64,000 bases of DNA. Origin: Candidatus Obscuribacteraceae bacterium. GTDB lineage: Bacteria; Cyanobacteriota; Vampirovibrionia; Obscuribacterales; Obscuribacteraceae. The notes under the pieces are model-generated. The model saw only the letters and a list, made by a program, of their open reading frames with translations. It was not told the origin of the DNA and ran no database searches. The position numbers were made by a program, and so were the translations under genes. Location: contig JBGASG010000004.1 of the NCBI GenBank assembly GCA_044229845.1, forward strand, positions 64,001 to 128,000, read 5' to 3'. Position 1 is the stretch's first letter. The number at the start of each line of letters is the position of its first letter. This document shows, in pieces, positions 1 through 9,932 of the stretch.

Positions 1-155
1 ACGACCTTGAGATTCTTATCTTGAATGCCCCGCTCCACATCATCGACCAGTCCCCGGGCTTCGCCCACGGACATCGAGAGCAGCTCCTTTACGGTTTCGT
101 CACCGTAAAGCTCTCGCAAGCGCGCCAAGTTAAGCGGTTCTTCCCCAGTACTCAT
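1..155 (-). CDS. Hpt (histidine phosphotransfer) domain-like protein, 3' end outside the window
   Basis: Manual translation from ATG at 155: MSTGEEPLNLARLRELYGDETVKELLSMSVGEARGLVDDVERGIQDKNLKV..., typical Hpt N-terminal helices; the catalytic His would lie off-window. Confidence 0.6.
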   Translation of the reverse strand, partial: MSTGEEPLNLARLRELYGDETVKELLSMSVGEARGLVDDVERGIQDKNLKV

Positions 156-280
156 CCCGAATTTGGGCTCGCTGTGGTAACCGCCCAATTATACTGTGGA
201 TGAAATTTTCTAACTTCTTCTTGCAAAGGCGCTAAAATTCCGGTCTGTCCCAATCATTGCCAAGAGCGCTGGAGCAATTA

Positions 281-739
281 ATGACTGAAGCCGTAGGCGT
301 TTGCCTGATCTGCGATAGCTTTCTCGAATATCTGAAGACCGTTGCCTGGTGTAAACAGGGCGAAGACGTTCTGGTGGCGGTGCAGAAGTGCACACCCGAA
401 ATAATTGTCGCTTTCGGCGAACACCAGGTTAACGTCTATCCGGGCGGCACCGCCATGAAGATCAACAAATCCTGGCTGACCTATCTGCAGCAAAAAAATT
501 CCGAAGGCACACCACTGCCGATGCTGCTTGTCTGGCGTCCGACCGGCGTCGAAATCTGGTATCGCCGTCATCAGAGCTGGGACTTCCCTTACGACATGTG
601 GCAGAACCCGATTGCCGAAACTTACGAACGCGATCGCGTTTTACTGCCGGCAGAGCATGGCGGCGCTAAGTTCAAGGAATACCACACCGAATTGTGCGCA
701 GCCTCCAAAGCCTGCCCGACCCAGATTCCGCCGCAATAA
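281..739 (+). CDS. hypothetical protein
   Basis: In frame with ORF 257..739; ATG at 281 preceded by GGAG; CxxC near N-terminus; abuts the next gene. Confidence 0.65.
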   Translation: MTEAVGVCLICDSFLEYLKTVAWCKQGEDVLVAVQKCTPEIIVAFGEHQVNVYPGGTAMKINKSWLTYLQQKNSEGTPLPMLLVWRPTGVEIWYRRHQSWDFPYDMWQNPIAETYERDRVLLPAEHGGAKFKEYHTELCAASKACPTQIPPQ

Positions 740-741
740 CC

Positions 742-1287
742 GTGCGCCAGAGCGTAGTGATCACCGGCGTCGGTCGCGATCGGGTCGGCATTGTAGCTGA
801 GCTGACCGGGCTTTTGTTTCAAACCGGTTGCAACTTGATGGACAGCAGCATGACTTTGCTGCGCGGTGAGTTTGCTTTGATTCTGATGGCTGAGTTGCCG
901 GAGAATGTCGACGTTTCTCAACTGGAAGCCAAGCTGGCGATCATAAAGTCTCGACTGGGGCTGCATCTGCACGTGCGCGAGTTGACGGCCGCCGAGCTCG
1001 AGACGCAGGAAGCAGAAGACGGCTTGCACATAATCTCGGTCTACGGAGCCGACCGCCCTGGTATCGTTTCCGGTGTCACCAACAAACTGGCAGCGCTGAG
1101 CGTCAACATCACCGACGTACAGACGCAGTCGACCGGAAGCCCGGACAAGCCGGTGTTCGTCATGATTCTGGAAGCGGTGGCACCACCATCGGTGACAACC
1201 GAGCGCCTGCAAGAAGAATTGCAGACCTGCCGGCAAGACCTGAGCGTGGACATCACGGTACAGGCTCTGGAAGTGGCGGAGCTCTGA
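742..1287 (+). CDS. tandem ACT-domain protein (GcvR-like)
   Basis: Two ACT motifs, VITGVGRDRVGIVA and ISVYGADRPGIVS; GTG start at 742 just after the upstream stop. Confidence 0.85.
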   Translation: MRQSVVITGVGRDRVGIVAELTGLLFQTGCNLMDSSMTLLRGEFALILMAELPENVDVSQLEAKLAIIKSRLGLHLHVRELTAAELETQEAEDGLHIISVYGADRPGIVSGVTNKLAALSVNITDVQTQSTGSPDKPVFVMILEAVAPPSVTTERLQEELQTCRQDLSVDITVQALEVAEL

Positions 1288-1292
1288 CGGCA

Positions 1293-1793
1293 ATGGCCAT
1301 TTTGCCGATTCTCGTTTACCCGGATCCGCTGCTCAAAAAAGTTTCTTCGCCGGTTGAACAAATGGACGCTCGCTTCGAGCAGCTGATCAACGATCTGGAA
1401 GAGACCATGTATGAGCAGCCCGGTTGCGTAGGCATCGCGGCACCACAAACCGGACATCTCGATCGCATTATCCTGATCGACGTCTCGAGAAACCGCAAAC
1501 CGCTGCCCAATAACGGCAAGCTGCTGATGATCAATCCGCTGGTCGAAACACAGTCAGGTGAAGTGCTGGGCCGCGAAGGCTGTCTCAGCCTGCCGCACTT
1601 GACCGCCAATGTCAAACGGGCGCAAGAGATTCGCGTGCGCTATCTGGACAGACAGATGCAAACCCACGAACTGTCCACCTCAGATTTCGAGGCGCGCGTA
1701 GTTTTGCACGAAGCCGATCACCTGGACGGCATCTTGTTTCTCGACCGCGTCAGCTCGTTGAAGACGGATGTCTTCCGGCGAAAACGCTATTGA
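1293..1793 (+). CDS. def: peptide deformylase
   Basis: Motifs GIAAPQ, EGCLS and HEADHLDG. Confidence 0.96.
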   Translation: MAILPILVYPDPLLKKVSSPVEQMDARFEQLINDLEETMYEQPGCVGIAAPQTGHLDRIILIDVSRNRKPLPNNGKLLMINPLVETQSGEVLGREGCLSLPHLTANVKRAQEIRVRYLDRQMQTHELSTSDFEARVVLHEADHLDGILFLDRVSSLKTDVFRRKRY

Positions 1794-2074
1794 AAAACGT
1801 CAGCCAACCAGGCGAAATCCCACTACCCTAGCCGTTTGTTACCAGCGGAGAGCGCTCCGCTGATGTCCGCAACAGGGCATCGACGCTGGTGTCAACCAGA
1901 GCAAAAGTAACGTCGATTACTCGATTGCGTGCGATGCGTGCCGTTGCGCCGGTGTGTGAAGCCGGATGCGCAATCAGCGGAGCCGCGCTCGCCCTGCCGA
2001 TTGTGCGTCAGCAGGTGGTCTCTAACCGATTTACGGTAGCGCGTGAAAACGCTGTTAAATTCAGGGCCTTAATC

Positions 2075-2287
2075 CTACGAAGCAGCTTCCGCTGTTTTGC
2101 TGCGCATGAACTTGAACAGTTCGTAAAGCGCACACAATCCCACAACCGCGTAGATCACTTTGGTTGCGGTCGTACCGTCACCAGCAATTGCCGTCACCAG
2201 GTTGTAGTTGCAAAGCCCAACCAGGCCCCAGTTTATGCCACCGACGACCATGAGAATGAAAGCCAGTAGATCGAGATGTTTCATCAT
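2075..2287 (-). CDS. DUF378-like small membrane protein
   Basis: LMVVGGINWGLVGL...IYAVVGLCALY signature. Confidence 0.85.
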   Translation of the reverse strand: MMKHLDLLAFILMVVGGINWGLVGLCNYNLVTAIAGDGTTATKVIYAVVGLCALYELFKFMRSKTAEAAS

Positions 2288-2687
2288 TTTCCTAGTACCC
2301 TTAAAGCATCAAATCCGCAAAGCCGAGGGGCTTTCCCTCGTGTCTGATTTGCATGCTTAATTACAATTTAATACCGTTTTCGATACCATGTCAAGAAGCG
2401 GTGACCGCCGAAAGGTTGATCCTCCTTGCGTTTTGCCTAGCCACCACTTTTTGAACCGCCCGCAGTCGGTCGCCGAACCTGCGAACTGGTCTGGAATAGC
2501 AGGTTTGCATCCCGATTGGGCTTTTGCCCCGGCGGCGCAAAAGCCTGCCGGAGAGGGGAACTTAGCGCCCGTAACCGCTGCTCGATCTGGAATGCGACAA
2601 AACTGGTTATATTGAGATTGAAATCTCTCACACGTGGGATATTGATACAGCTTGTGGATCTGATGTTACAGAGGCTAGTTGACGCTG

Positions 2688-4007
2688 ATGCATACCAATA
2701 AAACCACCCGTAAAGTCCTTTTGAGCCTGCAGGCACTGGCTCTGGCCTGCACCGTCTCGCTGGCGCCCCGAACTGCTCAGGCTGACGAGGCACCGGCCGG
2801 GGAATCGAAGGCACCAGCGGCAGCCAATCCGGCGGCCGAGCCGGCGGCAACACCGCCTGCAGCCGCGGCTCCGGCAGCGACAGCGCCAGCCGCCGAGACA
2901 CCGGCACCAGCTGCCACGACGGCACCAGCTGCCACGACCACCCCGGCGACAGACAGCAAACCTGCTGGATCTGCAAAACTGAATGCCGACGACGAGCGCC
3001 GAGCCAAGCGCAAAGCACAGGAAGAAGCCGAGAAAGAAGCGATTCGCAAGAAGAAAGAACAAGAGAAAGGCAGCTACTACGGCAGCATGGGCACCACTGA
3101 CACGCAGAAACGAGTGGGAGCCGACAGCGGCACCGACACCTACTACAACTCTATTAAGGCAGCGCCGAAGATCGAGCCACCACCGCCGTCGGCACCGATT
3201 CCTCTGGCACCGGTCGTCATCGACGGCGCGCACCAGAAAGTTGCACCAAGCGCCAATCCCATCGGTAACGCCGGTAAAGGATGGAAGGATGACGCATCAG
3301 TGTCCGGCTCCATCACTTTGACGCGACACGTCAACACAGCGAAAGAAATGCTGGACAAGGGACAGTGGACGCTGGCTAAAAAGCATTACGGCGCCGCTAT
3401 GCAAATTGAACCAGCCAACATGGAATACATGATCGGGTACTACAAGGCATGCCTTCTCGGGCAGGATTGGCCCAGCGTCGTCAACACCCTGGAGAAGATC
3501 TTTAGACAGGATCCCACGAAGGAAAAACTGTATTACGCCGATTACGGCAAAGCGCTTTACTTTAACAATCAGGTGCCCCAGGCGACTGCCGCGTTGAAGA
3601 AAGCCGTCACACTCGGCTCCAATCCCGAAGGCGTGCACGAAACAATGCTCGGCATGTATCAGTATCAGCGCGACTATCCCAACGTCATTCTGGAATACAA
3701 AGCGCTGATTAAGTGCGCTCCGGCAAAAACAGAACGAATCAAAGCTCTCGCTGAATTGCTCTGGCAAACAGGCAATCAAACGGAATCGGCTACCTACTAC
3801 AAACAGTACGCCAAGGTCCGCCCCACCGATGCCGAGGCGCAGCAACAACTGGGTTATATCCTCTGCGCCATCAAGGACTATCCCGGCTCGGTCGCCGCCT
3901 ACAGGAAAGCTCTCGCCATCTCACCGGCCGATCCACGTGCCAAGCAAGGACTGGACTACGCGCAAGCTCAACAGAAAGCCGCCAGCGCTTCTAAAGATGA
4001 CGATTAG
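2688..4007 (+). CDS. secreted TPR-repeat protein with Ala/Pro-rich linker
   Basis: Signal peptide ending AQA-DE; PAA/PAT-rich region; several TPR-like repeats (e.g. AYRKALAISPADPRA). Confidence 0.8.
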   Translation: MHTNKTTRKVLLSLQALALACTVSLAPRTAQADEAPAGESKAPAAANPAAEPAATPPAAAAPAATAPAAETPAPAATTAPAATTTPATDSKPAGSAKLNADDERRAKRKAQEEAEKEAIRKKKEQEKGSYYGSMGTTDTQKRVGADSGTDTYYNSIKAAPKIEPPPPSAPIPLAPVVIDGAHQKVAPSANPIGNAGKGWKDDASVSGSITLTRHVNTAKEMLDKGQWTLAKKHYGAAMQIEPANMEYMIGYYKACLLGQDWPSVVNTLEKIFRQDPTKEKLYYADYGKALYFNNQVPQATAALKKAVTLGSNPEGVHETMLGMYQYQRDYPNVILEYKALIKCAPAKTERIKALAELLWQTGNQTESATYYKQYAKVRPTDAEAQQQLGYILCAIKDYPGSVAAYRKALAISPADPRAKQGLDYAQAQQKAASASKDDD

Positions 4008-4018
4008 TTTCAGTAGCT

Positions 4019-4966
4019 TCAGCGTTTCTTCAGATAGCGATTGAAAAAATCCAGCGTGCGATGCACGTTTTCCATGGAAGCCAGCGAATGGTTGGCTTCA
4101 GCGACGACTGTATATTCGCTGGGCAGATGATTGCTCTGCAGCGCTTTAAAAAGAGTATCGCTCTGCGCAATCGGCACCACATCATCTTTCTTGCCATGAA
4201 TGATCTGCAGCGGCGCATCGCCTTTGCCTACATATGTAAGCGGACTGGCCCAATCGAGGCGCTTGCCGCTGATGTCTTTGGCCAGCAAAAGATGCATGGG
4301 TGAATTCGGATTGGCAAAATCGATTTTCCAGTTCGGTCCCTGAGCTTCCTCACGGATGTGGGACAGGTCCGCCGGTCCGCAATAGTCGGAGCCGGCCTGG
4401 ATAGCACTGGAGACATTGTTGTAGCCGTCGCCCTCAAACTCTTTGACACCATTAGTAGTGGCAAGCATGGCGACCAGGTGACCGCCCGCCGACATGCCCC
4501 AGGCGCCGATGCGGTTGGGATCGATATTGAACTCTTTGGCATGCGCGCGCAAAAATCTGATCGCCGTTTTGCAGTCCTGAATTTGCGCGGGAAACGGTGC
4601 TTGCGTGCTCAGTCTGTAGTTGATGCTGGCGGCCGCATAGCCTTTCACCAGCAGTGGTTCTACCGGCGCCTTTTCCTTGTCGCCCTGCAGCCAGGCGCCC
4701 CCATGAATCCAGACAATGATCGGAAAGGGACCGCCTTTCCTGGGCACCACCACGTCCATTTTCTGCCGGTACTCATTGCTGCCCGGCACATAACTGACGT
4801 TGTGCCAGACGCGCAGCTGAGCATCTTCAGAGGGATCCGGCAATCCCGGTGGCGGCAGCCCCACGGCCGGATTCAGGGCTGGACCTAGAAAACTCAAAGC
4901 CAGGCAAGCAGCCAGCAGAAGCGATTTGGAAGCGAATGCATTCATGGAGTCTGTTTTATAGCACAA
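4019..4966 (-). CDS. secreted alpha/beta hydrolase (HSL-like esterase/lipase)
   Basis: HGGAW oxyanion motif, GMSAGG nucleophile, HGKKDDVVP, C-terminal His; signal peptide (start may be the second Met). Confidence 0.9.
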   Translation of the reverse strand: MCYKTDSMNAFASKSLLLAACLALSFLGPALNPAVGLPPPGLPDPSEDAQLRVWHNVSYVPGSNEYRQKMDVVVPRKGGPFPIIVWIHGGAWLQGDKEKAPVEPLLVKGYAAASINYRLSTQAPFPAQIQDCKTAIRFLRAHAKEFNIDPNRIGAWGMSAGGHLVAMLATTNGVKEFEGDGYNNVSSAIQAGSDYCGPADLSHIREEAQGPNWKIDFANPNSPMHLLLAKDISGKRLDWASPLTYVGKGDAPLQIIHGKKDDVVPIAQSDTLFKALQSNHLPSEYTVVAEANHSLASMENVHRTLDFFNRYLKKR

Positions 4967-5006
4967 AGTGCAGTATTATTTGGGCGCATCTGCGCAGGAG
5001 AACCTC

Positions 5007-5354
5007 ATGAAGTCCATCGATTGGCTATATCACAGGAAAAACTGCGAGACCTGCGCCAAGGCGCAAGACTTTTTCACCCGTCACAAAATATCTGCCAAAG
5101 AGATTGTAGATGCCCGTAAGGAGCGGCTCGATCCTCCGCAAGCCCTGAAGCTGGCCGCCAAAATGGATGAAATCTATGTGACTCGCGGCAAGAAAGTTCT
5201 GCACTTCGATATGAAGCAAAACGCGCCTGACAAGCAAGAACTGTCCGCAGTTTTGATCGGGCCGAGCGGCAATTTACGGGCACCAGCCATGGTGCTGGAC
5301 AAGACCCTGGTGGTGGGCTTCGACGAAGACACCTACGACAAAGTCTTTAAATGA
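5007..5354 (+). CDS. ArsC/Spx-like thioredoxin-fold protein
   Basis: HRKNCETCAKA CxxC, GNLRAP, LVVGF; AGGAG RBS before ATG 5007. Confidence 0.8.
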   Translation: MKSIDWLYHRKNCETCAKAQDFFTRHKISAKEIVDARKERLDPPQALKLAAKMDEIYVTRGKKVLHFDMKQNAPDKQELSAVLIGPSGNLRAPAMVLDKTLVVGFDEDTYDKVFK

Positions 5355-5596
5355 GCACTGTGAACGTAGCGGTGTTTGACGACGGCGACTGGATAGTTGC
5401 GCTTTGCCTGGAGCTGGACGTCGCCACGCAAGGAGCCACCGAGGAAGAGGCGATTGCCAACCTGCAGGAGGCGCTCACGCTGCAATTTGTTGCGCCCTCA
5501 AGTTCACCGGAACCGGCGCCGGCGTCGGCACCGCCCTCCGCCAGCCGCCTTTTGACCGTCTCACTGCCTGCCGGCATCGGCAACCATCAATCATGA
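5351..5596 (+). CDS. hicB: HicB-family antitoxin (short, no DNA-binding domain)
   Basis: WIVALCLELDVATQGATEEEAIANLQEAL signature; ATGA overlap with the upstream gene. Confidence 0.88.
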   Translation: MSTVNVAVFDDGDWIVALCLELDVATQGATEEEAIANLQEALTLQFVAPSSSPEPAPASAPPSASRLLTVSLPAGIGNHQS

Positions 5597-5823
5597 AGAT
5601 GCTCCGCACATTCAAGGAAGTGCGCTTTTTTCTGGAAGCTCAAGGATTTCGTGAGATCACCCAGCTCGGCAGTCATGCCAAATTCATTAAGCGGGAGACC
5701 GGCTGCGCGGTGCGCACCTGCATCCTGCCGCACTACGTAGAACTGGCACCGGCGGTCGTTTCAAGCATTTTACGCCAGGCAGGATTGGGACCCGACGTTT
5801 CTCTGGACGAGCCGAATCGATAA
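5593..5823 (+). CDS. hicA: HicA-family mRNA interferase toxin
   Basis: From ATG 5593: LEAQGF...GSHAKF...ILRQAGL; ATGA overlap with the hicB stop. Confidence 0.88.
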   Translation: MKMLRTFKEVRFFLEAQGFREITQLGSHAKFIKRETGCAVRTCILPHYVELAPAVVSSILRQAGLGPDVSLDEPNR

Positions 5824-5888
5824 CCCAGGTGGAAGTTCGCTAAAAACTGGGCATAAAAAGTCTGGTGACCTGACCCAGGTAAGCGATC

Positions 5889-6578
5889 ATGGCGACTGAA
5901 GAGCGAAGAAAAATCATGGGACTGGACGATGTGTACCAGTACTGCCGCGAGTTAGAGGCGGATAAGGGACGTCCGGTTCTCTTCAAATTGACCCAGGCGA
6001 TTCGCACCCTCGACTACGCAATTGCAGTGTCTCAAGGTGAGAGCGCTGACGGCCCCAGGGTTTCGGAATTTGCCTGGTCGACCTTGCGTGACCAGCTCTA
6101 CACCCGACTTATTACCTGCTTCGAGGGCTCTTACCTGGTTTTCGGCGAGGGCGGTGAAGCGCCTCTTGATGCCGGTTCCGAATGGCCCGAAGCGGGACGT
6201 GTCGAGTTTTACCCAGCCCGCCTCGGACGCCGCAACGACATGTTTGCCGCCGATTTGAGCCGGCTCGACCCGACGGTCTTGATGTGCCTGCGCTGGAGTT
6301 TCGCTGATTGCCGCCTGCATCTGACGCCGGCTTCGTTTGTCACCGACTTCGATGCTTTCGAAGGCAAGGACAACGAACGCGAACAAGCCACCAAACTTTT
6401 GCAAGCGCTCTATCAAGTTTGCGAGAAAGAAGCCTCTCAGGGCAAAAAGAATGCGCACCGCAAATGGTGGCAGCTATACTGGCAAGCCAATTCCAGTCAG
6501 AACAAGACTGAGAAGCACCAGTTGCAAAAGCAAATGCTGCATTTGCAGTCGATGTGGGGACGACCGGTCACACCCTGA
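5889..6578 (+). CDS. hypothetical protein
   Basis: 229-aa ORF with normal composition; no recognisable motif. Confidence 0.7.
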   Translation: MATEERRKIMGLDDVYQYCRELEADKGRPVLFKLTQAIRTLDYAIAVSQGESADGPRVSEFAWSTLRDQLYTRLITCFEGSYLVFGEGGEAPLDAGSEWPEAGRVEFYPARLGRRNDMFAADLSRLDPTVLMCLRWSFADCRLHLTPASFVTDFDAFEGKDNEREQATKLLQALYQVCEKEASQGKKNAHRKWWQLYWQANSSQNKTEKHQLQKQMLHLQSMWGRPVTP

Positions 6579-6852
6579 CAGAACACCCGGGTGATCCGCG
6601 CCGCCGGCCTACCTTGCGCATGACACCATATTAGGTGCTGCGGCTGCGCGCAGACGGCAGGCTTAAACACGCATAGGATGCCAGCTTCAAACAGTCGAGC
6701 CGGCTGCTCAGCTTGTCCGGCTGTGGCTGCTTGCCCACAGAAAAATCACTTCCAAAAATTGGGAACTGCAAGAAATTTATGCACGTCCCCCGCTTCGGCA
6801 ATAGGCAATGAATGCTCGAAGGAAAAACAACTTCCGGCAAGGAGATATCTCT

Positions 6853-7236
6853 ATGGGAAAAACCAAATTTCTTGTGGTTGCCGCCAGCCTGGTCTCGCTG
6901 GGCAGCAGCTTGCTGCCGGCGGCCTATGCTGATGGCATGCCAGACATGAACTACACGCAAAAGCCGATGAAGAGAAAGCTTCATAAGGGCAAGCGCACGG
7001 CTAGCGTTATATATCGCGACCGCATCATCACTAAAGACCAGATCATCGAACGACCAGTGGAAAAAGTGGTGACGGTGGAGAAGGTCGTAGAAAAACCGAT
7101 CATCATCGAACGCACGATGGAGCAAAGCGCTGTTGCCGAACCGGTGTGCATCGATCAACCGCTCACCATTCAGCAACGTGAAAAGAAACCATTCTTCCTG
7201 CTGCGCCTGCATCTCTTCCCGCGCAAAGGCGGCTAG
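6853..7236 (+). CDS. secreted protein with (V/I)(V/I)E(K/R)P repeats
   Basis: AGGAG RBS; signal peptide ending AYA; IIERPVEKVVTVEKVVEKPIIIER. Confidence 0.75.
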   Translation: MGKTKFLVVAASLVSLGSSLLPAAYADGMPDMNYTQKPMKRKLHKGKRTASVIYRDRIITKDQIIERPVEKVVTVEKVVEKPIIIERTMEQSAVAEPVCIDQPLTIQQREKKPFFLLRLHLFPRKGG

Positions 7237-7276
7237 TGGAACGGCTCAAGCAAATGAATACTTAAAGGAGAAACCT

Positions 7277-7615
7277 ATGAAAAATCTTGTTCGCTCACTG
7301 GCTCTCGCCGGATTCGTGCTGTCCTGCACGCTGCCCGTCAATGCCGATGATTACGTATCTTCGTTCAAATACAAAGTAAACGGCTGCGCAGCGCCGGCGA
7401 AGACCGTTCTCATCGACAAAGAAACCAAAGTGATCGAAAACGCCGCAGTGGTCGAAGGCACCTGCTCGAACGTCAAGATCCAATCCGCCGTGGTTGGTAC
7501 TCCCTGTGCCACCACTATCCGCACTCAACCGGTCGTCGTGGAGAACCTGGTGAAAAAGAAAGCCCACCTCTTCCATATCGGTCTGTGGCCGGTGGTTGAT
7601 TTCAGCCTGTTCTAA
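7277..7615 (+). CDS. secreted protein, probable paralog of the upstream gene
   Basis: AAGGAG RBS; signal peptide ending VNA; VIENAAVVE/QPVVVE; similar basic-aromatic C-terminus. Confidence 0.75.
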   Translation: MKNLVRSLALAGFVLSCTLPVNADDYVSSFKYKVNGCAAPAKTVLIDKETKVIENAAVVEGTCSNVKIQSAVVGTPCATTIRTQPVVVENLVKKKAHLFHIGLWPVVDFSLF

Positions 7616-9117
7616 ACCTGGCTCAAGTCCGCAGAAAGAAGTGGCGCGGGTTGCGACTCAGCCGGGATGGTCAAGCTGAATGTGCTGCCTTCGCCCACTT
7701 CTGATACTACGCTCATCTTGCCTCCGTGTGCTTCCACGATCGCCTTGCAAATAGCCAATCCCAATCCTGTGCCGCCGCGAGAAGGTCCGACCTGCTGGAA
7801 ACGATCGAAAACCGCCACCAACTGATCCGACTGAATGCCGGGACCCTGGTCGCAAACGGAAATCTGCACGGCGTCCAGACCATAGGCGTGCGCACTGACA
7901 GTCACTTTGCTGCCCACAGGCGAAAACTTGATGGCATTGCCCATCAGATTGACCAGCACCTGCACCAGTCGCACTTCATCGCCGATCAAGTTGGGCAGAT
8001 CGATCTCCGCCGACGAGGACAGCACGACGTTTTGCTTGTCTGCATAACCCTGGCAGGATGCCAGCGCTCGCTCCAGAATCCGGCTCACCGGCACCGGTCC
8101 CACGTCCAGCTGCAAATTACCCGACTCGATTTTTTCCAAGTCCAGCAATTGATTGATCAGTTCGATCAGCCGCTGCACGCTTTCTTCCGATTGCGAAATG
8201 CGCAAAGAGCCGCGCTCGGATAGTTCGCCGTAAGTGCCGTTGGCAGCCAGCGCCAGCGTGGTCTGCAGGCTGGTCAGAGGCGTGCGCAGGTCGTGCGAAA
8301 TCATCTGCACAAACTCTTGTTTCATCTGTTCGGCGCGCTGCAAATCACCGGCGACTTGATGAAAAGTTTCATCGAGCTGAGCCAGCTCATCGGCTCCGCG
8401 CACCGGCGGATTCAGCCTCTGGCGCTTGGCCAGGCGCACGGCATTATCGGACAGTATTTGAATGCGCTGGGCAAAATCTTTGCTGAACACATTGAGCAGC
8501 CAGACTGTCAGTGCAATGTTGCCGAGCAGTCCGCCGAGCAAGACGTTGCGGATGAACACACGCCCCTGAGCATCAGCATCAGGGAGCGCCTCCGCCTCGC
8601 TTTTTTCGCGCTCGGTAATCTCATCAAGAGACCCTTTAAATTTCAGAAACGCTTTCCCGAATCGCGCCCAGCCCACCGGAGTCGGAATTTCTGAATAGGG
8701 CCCGGCGTGGTCGACCACCCAGGCTCGCATGTGTCCGAGTTCGACATCCAGCTCGTCACAGCCTTTGCAGAGCAAAGCCGTTTGCTGCTCGCGTCGGGCA
8801 TCGCCAATCGACAGTTTCTTCAGCTTCTCACGCGCCTTTTGCGCTTGAATGATTTTTCGATCGAAGGCGGCAATCAACTTCTGGTCGGGCTGGACATTGC
8901 GAAAGAAAAACAGCGCCTTGCCTTCATCGAGAAGTATGCTGCCCAGTTCTGTGCAGGTGGCGGCATAATTGCGACCGCGCTCCGCCATTTTTACGTTGCG
9001 CTCCGTTTCGTTGACCACCCAGAACAACACAGCAACGAAGGCTATCTCGAAAATAAACGGAATCGAGATCAAGACCAACCCCTTGCGGGTAATGTTCAGT
9101 TTGAGGTCAAAGCGCAT
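7612..9117 (-). CDS. membrane sensor histidine kinase (HAMP-HisKA-HATPase)
   Basis: Two TM helices; H-box SHDLRTPL; NLMGNAIKFS; DQGPGI; GTGLGL. Confidence 0.95.
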   Translation of the reverse strand: MRFDLKLNITRKGLVLISIPFIFEIAFVAVLFWVVNETERNVKMAERGRNYAATCTELGSILLDEGKALFFFRNVQPDQKLIAAFDRKIIQAQKAREKLKKLSIGDARREQQTALLCKGCDELDVELGHMRAWVVDHAGPYSEIPTPVGWARFGKAFLKFKGSLDEITEREKSEAEALPDADAQGRVFIRNVLLGGLLGNIALTVWLLNVFSKDFAQRIQILSDNAVRLAKRQRLNPPVRGADELAQLDETFHQVAGDLQRAEQMKQEFVQMISHDLRTPLTSLQTTLALAANGTYGELSERGSLRISQSEESVQRLIELINQLLDLEKIESGNLQLDVGPVPVSRILERALASCQGYADKQNVVLSSSAEIDLPNLIGDEVRLVQVLVNLMGNAIKFSPVGSKVTVSAHAYGLDAVQISVCDQGPGIQSDQLVAVFDRFQQVGPSRGGTGLGLAICKAIVEAHGGKMSVVSEVGEGSTFSLTIPAESQPAPLLSADLSQV

Positions 9118-9260
9118 AGCATCGGGCTCCTGCAGTCTCTTCCTACCCGTAACGGACGGATTTCAAGCCTGTTGAGGTTTTCGGCGCCGAAGGCGAAAGC
9201 CGGAGCCGGCAGTTTCGGCCCCCTTCCCATCGGGCATGAGAGCCTCAGAAAGGGAAGAAC

Positions 9261-9932
9261 ATGGCGAAAATCCTGGTCGTAGAAGATGACGAGCATCTGG
9301 CCGGCTCACTGGAAGACTGGTTGATCTCGGAGCACCACACTGTCGATGTCGTTAAGACCGGTACCGACGCCGATGACCGGCTGCGCTACTACACGTACGA
9401 CCTGGTGGTGCTCGACTGGGAGTTGCCGGGCATGAACGGCGTCGATGTCTGCAAAAAATTTCGAGCCGAAGGCGGCACCACCGTTGTAATCATGCTGACA
9501 GGCAAAGACACTGTGAGCGACAAAACCACAGGACTCGACTCCGGAGCCGATGATTATCTGACCAAGCCATTTCATCCCGGCGAACTCTCTGCCCGCATTC
9601 GCGCCCTCCTACGTCGTCCTCGCGAGGTCAAGCAGACCGTGCTGGAGGTCGGTGACGTGACTCTGGATCCGATCAACTTCAAAGTGACCCGCGACGGCAA
9701 AGATGTCGCATTGCTGCCCAAGGAGTTCGCCTTGCTGGAATTTCTCATGCGCCACCCCAACGAGGTCTTCAGCACCGAAGCATTGCTCGACCGCGTCTGG
9801 TCCAGCGAGTCGGAGGCTTCACCAGATACGGTGCGCGTCCATATAACCAAATTGCGCAACAAAATGGATGTAGACGGCAAACCGTCGCACATCAAAACGC
9901 TGCACCGCATGGGTTATCGCTTCGAGCCCTGA
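9261..9932 (+). CDS. OmpR/PhoB-family response regulator
   Basis: VEDD, LDWELPG, GADDYLTKPF; winged-helix C-terminus ending GYRF; divergent from the kinase. Confidence 0.95.
   Translation: MAKILVVEDDEHLAGSLEDWLISEHHTVDVVKTGTDADDRLRYYTYDLVVLDWELPGMNGVDVCKKFRAEGGTTVVIMLTGKDTVSDKTTGLDSGADDYLTKPFHPGELSARIRALLRRPREVKQTVLEVGDVTLDPINFKVTRDGKDVALLPKEFALLEFLMRHPNEVFSTEALLDRVWSSESEASPDTVRVHITKLRNKMDVDGKPSHIKTLHRMGYRFEP

Noticed and set aside
1889..2269. 126-aa + strand ORF
   Set aside because: Overlaps the DUF378-like gene antisense; no RBS or motif.
5007..5354. Selenoprotein form of the ArsC-like family
   Set aside because: Both CxxC positions are TGC codons; there is no in-frame TGA.
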